From Candidatus Hydrogenedentota bacterium (GTDB lineage: Bacteria; Hydrogenedentota; Hydrogenedentia; Hydrogenedentales; SLHB01), in the NCBI GenBank assembly GCA_045863335.1, contig BTVY01000036.1, forward strand, positions 1-64,000: a stretch of DNA of 64,000 nucleotides. The letters run 5' to 3'. The number at the start of each line of letters is the position of its first letter. Position 1 is the stretch's first letter. A program made the translations under genes and the position numbers. Under the pieces are notes generated by a model. It did no database searches, had not been told where the DNA came from, and saw only the letters and a program-made list of their open reading frames with translations. Positions 38,277-46,049 of this stretch are shown here, one piece after another.

Positions 38277-40991
38277 TCAGTTGCCGTGAATGAGTGTCCA
38301 TTGTCTCACTGACTCCTCCAATTCGGGGATATAGCCCGCCCGACACGGATTGGAATGGGTAGCATTCGAATCAATCTCTTGCGACTCATGGGGCACCTCA
38401 TCATCCTGACAAGAGTCCGGCAAACGGCCGAAGGCTCTGGGGTAGGTTCTGCCACCACCGAGCTCAAAGGGAAAGGTAGTTGGTGCGTCATCCGATCGCG
38501 CGTGTTCGGCCCGCCTGCGCAACCAGTCCAGGGCCATGTTTACGCTCTCATTCTGGAGGGCATAGTTTGCCGTTCGGTCGGTCGCCTCCAAATCGCGATT
38601 GATTCGGGCCAAGGCCCGTTCGCACCGTCCTCGCTGTTCTCCGTCAAACGTGGAATCTTCCAACGCGATACGCAGTTCGAGCAATGCCGTCCGTAGCCGG
38701 TTGCTGCGCTCGCGGAAGCTATTGCTTGACTGAGCGTAGAGATGCATGGCCTCGCCGCGATAGTGCCGAATACGCGGACTTCCGCAGAGCAGCGGACGAT
38801 CTTCGGCCCATTGTGAAACTGCCAGGCACCGCTGAAAATCACCTGCTTCCGCGGAGAACTGGATGGCGAAAGCTACCCCCATTTCCTCCCTGTCGCGCCA
38901 GCCGCTTTCGTCGAAAACCTCGCCCGCGACTTCGGCTAGACAAGCAATGAGGCGCGACGTGCGGGAAGGTCCGATGATCTGTTGCACTGGACGCAGGCAG
39001 AAGCCGAAAGGACCAAATACCCCGTAGTTCCGGGCGAATAGCCGGAACGCGGTTTTCACGAGCGGTCTCGCGAAAGCGAAGCGCACATGCTCGTGGTCGA
39101 ACCGGCGATGGTTTACCTGAATCAGACGTGCCACCGATCGCGCGCTCTCCTCCGCCACATCCGCGAAGGATCGAACCGAGATCTGTTGATCGATAAACGC
39201 CTGATCCCGCAAGAGACGAATTAGGCCCCTCTCGCGACCCTGGTCCACGTGCCAAATACCAAAGCATGGCTCCAGAATCTCGCGGCTTAGAAGCGGAGAA
39301 AGAGGATCCTGTTGATTGGACGGGACGGGCTCGCGAGAACCACCACGCATCAGCCCACCGACCGGTTGCGTCCGCCCCATGGACTCGCGTGGAGCCCTGT
39401 TTTGGCGGTCGGAAACCGTCGGATTGGGAGTGCGTTCGCCCAAGTACACATCGATGGAGGGGAGAAGTCGCCGCAACCCGCTCGTTTCAGATCGTGCTCT
39501 CGAAACGGTACGCAGTTCCATCCATGTGGACTCGGGCTTGTCGGGATCAGTCAACGCCAGGGTCAGGCCATTCTTTTTGTCAACCAGACTGTCCCACGTG
39601 CACGAGTATAGGCCGGGGTCTGCTGCATGCTCGGCAACGAATTGACCGCGAATACGTGCCCGCGGCGAGGCGAGTTCAGAGACGCCGGCAGCGCGATCGG
39701 GCAGCGCGACACCAAATTGCGCGTACTCCAGCGCGCCTGCCGCATCGAGCTTGTCAAAAAGACCATCACCAAGTAATGGCCACCGGGTGTACAACTCCTC
39801 CGCCTCCGCTTTGAGCACCGAGTATTTCGCTAGCGTGTCCTCGTCCATCGCGTGACGGAGGGACACGCGGCTAGCCATTGCGGGGTCGTATTCTTCGCGA
39901 TCGTCATCTTCAGGAAAGTAAGGTGTATCCGTTGCCGCTTCAGAATCTGGCTCCCGATGCGAATCGAGCTTTCCGAAGGCGGCATTGGCGTGTCGCAATC
40001 GTTCGGCGTCGAACTGGTACCGCGCCGCCAGCCGGTGGAGGTAGGCACGAAGTATCACAGGATCGTGGGATGTGGCCAGGGCGGCCGGTCCGGTTCTCAT
40101 GCAGTCGATAGCACGGCCGAGCAAGTTACCGATATCGGCAAGGTCATCGGAGTCGGCGTATTGTTGCAGGATTGGAAGTACCTGCTCTATACACTCGAAC
40201 AACGAAAGTGCACCTTTCGTGGTAGAAGCCGTGCAGGTGCCGTCAAAATCACGATTGAACGCCAGCGCGGCAGCGTGAATATCTTCAAAATGGGGGATTT
40301 CTTCCCATTGAAGTCCTGCTTCAATGGCGGCCACCATGAGCGTAAGCCAGCCGAAACCGAGCGACACGCTCAGGGGCGATCGACTGCACCCGGCACTGGT
40401 CGCGATTTGAAGACGGCACCGTCCGGAACTTTGTACATTCTTATAGGAAAACAGGCTTTGAAGGGTTCGGCATTCGACGTGGGCTGACCAGCACGGCTCC
40501 AGCGAACCGAAACGAAGTGCGCCGGCGCCGTGGAAGGGCAATCCGATTACATACAGGGTCCGGAGGTTTTCCGAAATCATGGGCAGGTGTGGCGAGCGAA
40601 GGTCGATATTGAAATGCGTGCCGAACGTTTTTCCGGTTGCGTAGCAGGCGCCCCCGCACGACATCTCGAGAGTCAAGCGCGGGTCGCTTGTACGTAGCAT
40701 TCCATCGACTGTCTCGTAGACCCACTGCCTCAATCGGAGATGCTCCGTAACCGCACCGCGGTTGGAGTGGGTCTCGGCGGTCCGAAGTTCGATCTTCTCA
40801 CAGTCCCAGCCAACCGAAGCGCCGGACGGAAGGAAGCAGCCGTTGCCTCGCAGGGCCGGCAGGTTCGGCGTGCTGTCCATCAATCGCCCCACCAGCTCTT
40901 GCACGCACAAGGATGGAACCAGGCGGTGACCCTGGCTATGCACGGTCACCACCTGTTCCTGCTCTGTACCGCGGTACCGCAATTGCGACAC
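38277..40991 (-). CDS. Divergent PafA/Dop-family (Pup ligase-like) carboxylate-amine ligase with long C-terminal extension
   Basis: GTEQE (GxExE), FLPSGA..WD..KIELRTAE, TFGTHFN, RLQI, PRARIRGQFV and YSCTWD..LTDP are colinear with PafA motifs. RBS GAGGGA. Confidence 0.75.
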   Translation of the reverse strand: MSQLRYRGTEQEQVVTVHSQGHRLVPSLCVQELVGRLMDSTPNLPALRGNGCFLPSGASVGWDCEKIELRTAETHSNRGAVTEHLRLRQWVYETVDGMLRTSDPRLTLEMSCGGACYATGKTFGTHFNIDLRSPHLPMISENLRTLYVIGLPFHGAGALRFGSLEPCWSAHVECRTLQSLFSYKNVQSSGRCRLQIATSAGCSRSPLSVSLGFGWLTLMVAAIEAGLQWEEIPHFEDIHAAALAFNRDFDGTCTASTTKGALSLFECIEQVLPILQQYADSDDLADIGNLLGRAIDCMRTGPAALATSHDPVILRAYLHRLAARYQFDAERLRHANAAFGKLDSHREPDSEAATDTPYFPEDDDREEYDPAMASRVSLRHAMDEDTLAKYSVLKAEAEELYTRWPLLGDGLFDKLDAAGALEYAQFGVALPDRAAGVSELASPRARIRGQFVAEHAADPGLYSCTWDSLVDKKNGLTLALTDPDKPESTWMELRTVSRARSETSGLRRLLPSIDVYLGERTPNPTVSDRQNRAPRESMGRTQPVGGLMRGGSREPVPSNQQDPLSPLLSREILEPCFGIWHVDQGRERGLIRLLRDQAFIDQQISVRSFADVAEESARSVARLIQVNHRRFDHEHVRFAFARPLVKTAFRLFARNYGVFGPFGFCLRPVQQIIGPSRTSRLIACLAEVAGEVFDESGWRDREEMGVAFAIQFSAEAGDFQRCLAVSQWAEDRPLLCGSPRIRHYRGEAMHLYAQSSNSFRERSNRLRTALLELRIALEDSTFDGEQRGRCERALARINRDLEATDRTANYALQNESVNMALDWLRRRAEHARSDDAPTTFPFELGGGRTYPRAFGRLPDSCQDDEVPHESQEIDSNATHSNPCRAGYIPELEESVRQWTLIHGN

Positions 40992-41003
40992 GTCGGTTCC
41001 CTC

Positions 41004-41204
41004 TTACTCGCCGCCGGAGTAACGACGGCTCTGAACGAATTCCCTGCTCTTGCCCGACATCGATTCGTCGACGACATCCATGCCCTTTTTCAGCAGATCT
41101 TCCGTTCGCGCATTGTTTGGATTGATCTCGGCGCCGAGGTCCACCGATTCCGTACCTCCTGTCGACTGTTGCATGCAGTTTGGTTCCATCAGGGTTTTGC
41201 TCAT
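41004..41204 (-). CDS. Pup/UBact-like small protein modifier ending in GGE
   Basis: 66 aa with a low-complexity N-terminus and TEDLL...REFVQSRRYSGGE. RBS AGGAG. Directly upstream of the PafA-like gene. Confidence 0.8.
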   Translation of the reverse strand: MSKTLMEPNCMQQSTGGTESVDLGAEINPNNARTEDLLKKGMDVVDESMSGKSREFVQSRRYSGGE

Positions 41205-41291
41205 AGATAACTCCTTTTCCTTTGGATCGGCCGGCGCGCGTCCGTTGGTCCGCCACAACCGGTAGCGGCGGCTACGCCCGGCGAAGAAATG

Positions 41292-41307
41292 AGCAATCGC
41301 TGTGCCA
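41292..41307 (-). promoter_or_regulatory. Sigma54 (-24/-12) promoter for the Pup-like operon
   Basis: The minus strand reads TGGCAC-AGCGA-TTGCT, a consensus match. Confidence 0.75.
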
Positions 41308-41475
41308 GCATGGCATCGGGCTGAAGTTGTTGGAAATACTCCCGAGCGGGCTGCAGGCGGGACGGCGGATGGTTGAGTTTTGCTCGGTGAGTTACTGGCA
41401 TGCAGCCTGCCATTCCGTTGATTTAATTGGGATCTGCCGCTAGTATTGGGAAACTCAACTGGCTGCGGGGGCAGT

Positions 41476-43149
41476 ATGGAATACGCCGTTCTGGAATGCC
41501 GGCAAGAAGGACGAGAGCGCGTCTACCGTGCGACGCACGTAGATGCCGCCCACGTCTTGCAGTGCGCGCGTGAGGGCCGCTTGAGCCTTTTTTACATCAG
41601 TGAGTCTCACGCTTCCGATCTTCAGAATACGGTACCGAAAATCCGGGACATGGGCCGGAAACTTGCCGGAAAAGAATTGTCGCGGTATCTGGCCAAACTT
41701 GCGGAAAACGAAGTCGGAATTCTGAAAGGCGCGTACGACAGCACGCGGCAACTGAAGCGGAGCGTGAGTGACGCGGTCAGGAAGTGCCACGAGCAACAAC
41801 ACGCGATCGTAGCCTTCATCACGCTGAAGCCGGCGCTGTTCGCTCAGGCGTGGAAAAAGGAAACCGCCAACGCCTCTCGCGACGACCGCATCGAAGCACG
41901 GGACTTGGAGTCTCCGGTTGAACGGACACTGCGCACCTTGGGCGAGATGGACGTTCCGGAGAGTCTTGTCAAAGCGTATATTGGCAATTCGCCGTCAATC
42001 CGGCTGGTCCGCCAACTCATTCTCCGCGCAAGCGAACATGCCTACCCGGTGCTGATCCAGGGTGAATCGGGAACCGGCAAAGAGATAATCGCGCGCAGCA
42101 TTCATGACTTGAGCCGTGACCACGGCCGCGGCCCGGAATTCCGGCCCATCAATTGCAGCGCCATTTCCCCGTTCCTGTTGGAGTCAGAGTTGTTCGGGCA
42201 TCTCAAAGACTCCTCGGATCGCGCGACCAAAGACCGCGACGGGCTATGGAAATCCGCCAATAATGGCACGATCTTTCTCGATGAAATCGGGGACCTCAAC
42301 CTGGACCAACAAGCAAAGATACTGCGGGTTCTAGACACGAACGCGGTGAAGCCGGTCGGCTCTGACGAGGAAGTTCCGGTGCGCGCCCGCGTGATCAGCG
42401 CGACCAATCGTGACCTCTATAGCATGATCCGCGACGGCCGTTTCCGGGAAGACCTGTTCTTCCGTCTGAGCGTAATCCCCATTCAAACCCCGCCGTTGCG
42501 GGAACATCCCGAAGATATCCCGGTCATTGCACGTTGGCTGTGGACGGACATCGCCGGGAAATCGGCGCCTTCGCTTTCGGGTGACATTCTGGCCTGCCTC
42601 AGCGAATACACGTGGCCAGGAAACGTGCGAGAACTAAAATCCATTCTGTCTTCGCTACGCGGATATTTCGGCGTCCGCGCCCGGACCCGGGATCAGTTTG
42701 AGACGGTCATGTTTCTCAAAGGGAAGCCTGCAGCCATTGCGACTCCCCCCACCGCGCGACAATCGGCAACCCGCTCACGGGCCGAATCGTTCCAACATCT
42801 CCAACGGGTCGACGGCGTGCTGCGGGGCATCGAAGTCTTTCTGAAAGCGTTAAACGGCCGCCGCGCGATTCGGGATACGATGGACGCGCAAACCGCGCTC
42901 GGCGAGCGGCACCGCGAGCTGGCACATCTGTGTCAGAAACCTTTGCTGTTCGTGTCGCCCAAGACGTTTGACGCGGTTTACGGCGCCTGCGGGAAGATCG
43001 CGTATCTTTTGGATTCCCTGCAGACCGATTCTACGTCGTCGCCGCGACTTGCAACGCGGCAACTGGCCAAGGAAGTTCAAACTACGCGCGCCAAGGTGCA
43101 AAAACAGATTGACGGGCTCATGCCGAAACCGCGAAACCAGCGGAGCTAG
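41476..43149 (+). CDS. Sigma54 enhancer-binding-protein-type AAA+ ATPase, GAFTGA loop replaced
   Basis: GESGTGKE, ESELFGH, FLDEIG, FREDLFFRL and WPGNVREL. DSSDRA sits in place of GAFTGA, and no Fis HTH is obvious. Confidence 0.85.
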   Translation: MEYAVLECRQEGRERVYRATHVDAAHVLQCAREGRLSLFYISESHASDLQNTVPKIRDMGRKLAGKELSRYLAKLAENEVGILKGAYDSTRQLKRSVSDAVRKCHEQQHAIVAFITLKPALFAQAWKKETANASRDDRIEARDLESPVERTLRTLGEMDVPESLVKAYIGNSPSIRLVRQLILRASEHAYPVLIQGESGTGKEIIARSIHDLSRDHGRGPEFRPINCSAISPFLLESELFGHLKDSSDRATKDRDGLWKSANNGTIFLDEIGDLNLDQQAKILRVLDTNAVKPVGSDEEVPVRARVISATNRDLYSMIRDGRFREDLFFRLSVIPIQTPPLREHPEDIPVIARWLWTDIAGKSAPSLSGDILACLSEYTWPGNVRELKSILSSLRGYFGVRARTRDQFETVMFLKGKPAAIATPPTARQSATRSRAESFQHLQRVDGVLRGIEVFLKALNGRRAIRDTMDAQTALGERHRELAHLCQKPLLFVSPKTFDAVYGACGKIAYLLDSLQTDSTSSPRLATRQLAKEVQTTRAKVQKQIDGLMPKPRNQRS

Positions 43150-43177
43150 GAACTGAGGGGATAGCTGGGGTCGGCGT

Positions 43178-43255
43178 TTGGAGTTCCGGCTTCAGCCGGT
43201 TTGTATTCCCGAGCTTCACGCGCGCACGGGACCGCGTGAACGCGGAACTCCGAAC
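43178..43255. repeat. REP doublet upstream of the RAYT gene
   Basis: ttggagttccggcttcagccgg and inverted ccgcgtgaacgcggaactccgaac. Confidence 0.7.
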
Positions 43256-43276
43256 GCGGTCCGGGTAGTTTGACCC

Positions 43277-43898
43277 ATGTCACAGCCGGAATACTGTTGG
43301 CGTCGGCTCACGACCAAACAGCGCGAGGAGCTGCTGGCCTGGCGCAAGGAACGCGGGCATCCGTGGCACTCGCCGCCGCATCGTCCGAATTCCGGCCATG
43401 ATCGCTTCCACGTCACCGCCGCGTGCTATGAGCATCGGGCTTTCATCGGCCACAGCCCAGAGCGCATGGACACGTTTTCACGCAATTTGCTGGCCGTGTT
43501 CGCGTCGCACGCCAGCCAGACGTTCGCATGGTGTGTGCCTGCCAAATCATTATCACGCGCTGGTCGAAGCGGCGGACGTACTCAGTCTGTTGCGTGCGTT
43601 GGGAAAACTGCACGGGCGCACGTCGTATACCTGGAACGGCGAAGAGAATTCGCGGGGGCGCAAAGTCTTCTTCCGCGCTGCCGAGCGCGCGATGCGTTCG
43701 GATCGGCACTATTGGGCCACGCTGAATTACGTTCATCACAACCCGGTACATCACCACTACGTTGAGCGCTGGACAGACTGGCCGTGGAGTAGCGCGCGGG
43801 AGTATCTCGCGCAGACCGATCCTGAAGAAGCTAAGCGAACCTGGCGCGAATACCCGCTCGGCGATTACGGCAAGGGATGGGATGACGCGGAGATGTAG
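43277..43898 (+). pseudogene. REP-associated tyrosine (Y1/HUH) transposase with a +1 frameshift near 43538
   Basis: One frame gives FHVTAAC...AWCV and another continues LPNHYHAL...NYVHHNPV...WPWSS. There is one extra C in tgg-tgt-gtg-c-ctg. Confidence 0.85.
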
Positions 43899-43922
43899 TG
43901 TGGAGCATTCGTGCGACCCGAG

Positions 43923-43944
43923 CCGCCTAAAGGCGGAACTCCAA
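43923..43944. repeat. REP downstream of the RAYT gene
   Basis: ccgcctaaaggcggaactccaa, same family as 43178-43255. Confidence 0.7.
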
Positions 43945-44041
43945 GCAATTCTTATTTGCACTACTTGACCCGCAGTCCATACCATTGCCTCGACGTGGGG
44001 TGGGTGTCGCGACTGCGGCTCGACAAGTGTGAGGGATCGAG

Positions 44042-45919
44042 ATGGCTGTGGAATCCGGGGACAGCAAGGCGACTGATTTATCCTCTTTCGCGCTTTTACC
44101 CAACGCAATTCCATATGAACTTCGCATCGGTGTAACCGGCCACCGGAAGCTTGCGGACCTAGATGCAGTGCGCCGGGCGGTGGATAGGTCGTTGGACCAC
44201 ATCCAACACGTCCTGGAGTCTGCGGCGGCGCAGCCCCACGGGGCGGAAGCGGGCGGACAGACGTGGAGCAAATGGTTTGACCAGGCTTTGCTGGCGGCGT
44301 TGCGGATGGTGTGGCGAGAGGTTCCGCCTTCGCCGGCAGTCGTGGATCCCTCCATGCGGACGCCGTTGCGGTGGTGCGCGGTGTCGGCGCTGGCGCAGGG
44401 GGCGGATGCCATCGTGGCGGAGGCGGTGCTGGCGCGGGCGGAATCGCGGTTGCGGGCGATCCTTCCGTTTGACGCCGACGAATACGGCACGGATTTCACG
44501 AGCCCGGAACATCTCGATACCTTTCATCGTTTGCTCGCGCGCGATCCCGGTGCGCGTGTGGTCGGTACGGTTGATGGTACGAAAGCGACCCGCAACCGCC
44601 TGTACCGCGAAGCGGGGGAGGCGGTGATTCACGGGTGCGACATCCTGATTGCGATCTGGGACGGCGAACCGGCGAAGGGCGAAGGCGGCACTGGGGACAT
44701 CGTCCAGCATGCCTTGGAACATGGCCGGTTGACACTCTGGGTTAATGCGAAGAACCCAGACTCGCCGGTTAAACGGCTCGTGCCGCGCAGCGAGATCGAA
44801 CGCGAGTCGGCAAAACCGATCCCGTGGACGACCGCCGAAGTCCCCGCGACAGCCAAAGCGTTGAGCCTTGGGTTCCACCAGATCTCCGCGTACAACCGGG
44901 ACCTGGCGGTCGGCACGGACGCAGTCGCGGAGACGTTTGCGAAAAAACGCACTACGATGCTGGAGGCGGCCCGGAAAAGCAACCTGCCCGAAACGGCGCT
45001 CGGGGAAGGGACCTGGACCGCGCTGGCCCAGTATTGTCGTGCCGATCAACTCGCCCTGCGCTACCAATCGCTTCACCTCCGTAGTGCGAAGGGGCTGTAC
45101 CAACTCGCCGCGTTCGGCGTCACCGTCTCCGTAATTCAAGTCCTGTTCTTTCCCGCCTGGTACGGACTCGTCGCGCTGGAAGTCGCCGCCATGCTGGCCG
45201 TACTCATCATCCTGCGCATCTCGCGAAAGGAAAACTGGCACGAGAAGTGGCTGCACGACCGCCACTTTGCCGAGCGCTTGCGCGGCCGGATGTATCTCGA
45301 CCTGCTTGGCGAAGACTCCGCGCCAGGCGACGCGCGGGCGGCTGCATCGCTGGCATTCTATAGCCGGCCCGCGGACTGGGTGACGCTGGCTTTTGCGAAT
45401 CTGGAACCGCCGTCGACTCGGCCCGCTCAGAGCGGTGCGGAATGGATCGCACTCCGCGATTTCATTTACGCAAACTGGGTCAACGCCCAGGCGAAGTACC
45501 ACATCGACAATGCGGAACGGAAGGTGGGGCCGCCAAAACGCACCCACTGGATCGGGGCGGGGTTATTCACCGCGACGCTGTTGGCAGCGCTGTTGCACGC
45601 CATCGGCGTGGGTCACGGCTCCCACGGAGACCACCACGGCATCTCCACCGTCACGGCGCTCCTATTTGCGACGACCGTGCTGCTTCCCCTCTGGGGCGCA
45701 ACCTTGCACGCCATCGACACCCTGCACGATTGGCACCGCATCGCCAGCCGTTCCGAACGCATGGGCCGCCAGCTCCAGAACGTCGCTGAGGGTCTCAAGA
45801 ATGCCGCGACTCCAGAAGAAATTCGGCGCCAGGTCCGCACGGCCTACGAGATCATGGCCACCGAAAACCAGGAATGGGCCGCGTCGCTGGCCTTCCGTGG
45901 ACCGACTTTGCCTGCGTAG
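44042..45919 (+). CDS. SLOG-domain protein with two SLATT-like 2TM modules
   Basis: RIGVTGHR, SALAQGAD and LIAIWDG...GGTGDIV (SLOG). ADQLA..TM-TM..W...R..AERLR and WV..Q..Y..TM-TM..ENQEW (SLATT-like). Confidence 0.78.
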   Translation: MAVESGDSKATDLSSFALLPNAIPYELRIGVTGHRKLADLDAVRRAVDRSLDHIQHVLESAAAQPHGAEAGGQTWSKWFDQALLAALRMVWREVPPSPAVVDPSMRTPLRWCAVSALAQGADAIVAEAVLARAESRLRAILPFDADEYGTDFTSPEHLDTFHRLLARDPGARVVGTVDGTKATRNRLYREAGEAVIHGCDILIAIWDGEPAKGEGGTGDIVQHALEHGRLTLWVNAKNPDSPVKRLVPRSEIERESAKPIPWTTAEVPATAKALSLGFHQISAYNRDLAVGTDAVAETFAKKRTTMLEAARKSNLPETALGEGTWTALAQYCRADQLALRYQSLHLRSAKGLYQLAAFGVTVSVIQVLFFPAWYGLVALEVAAMLAVLIILRISRKENWHEKWLHDRHFAERLRGRMYLDLLGEDSAPGDARAAASLAFYSRPADWVTLAFANLEPPSTRPAQSGAEWIALRDFIYANWVNAQAKYHIDNAERKVGPPKRTHWIGAGLFTATLLAALLHAIGVGHGSHGDHHGISTVTALLFATTVLLPLWGATLHAIDTLHDWHRIASRSERMGRQLQNVAEGLKNAATPEEIRRQVRTAYEIMATENQEWAASLAFRGPTLPA

Positions 45920-45993
45920 CCCGCGTATTCTGGGCGACTATCGCGCCGCAGCGAAGCGTCGAGCGGAATGCCCGGCGAAATTCGATTTCGAGA

Positions 45994-46002
45994 TGCTATA
46001 AT
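45994..46002 (+). promoter_or_regulatory. Extended -10 promoter
   Basis: TGcTATAAT about 48 nt before the ATPase-RyR start. Confidence 0.5.
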
Positions 46003-46049
46003 GGCCGACCGGGGTCACGAACAGCGTTTTGGGACGGTGGGGATTCATC

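Noticed and set aside
36934-43149. A canonical Pup-proteasome locus (dop, arc/mpa, prcAB)
   Set aside because: No second PafA paralogue, proteasomal ATPase or Ntn-hydrolase subunit is visible. The nearby AAA+ is of the enhancer-binding type.
44159-45547. 462-aa minus-strand ORF
   Set aside because: Antisense shadow of the SLOG-SLATT gene.
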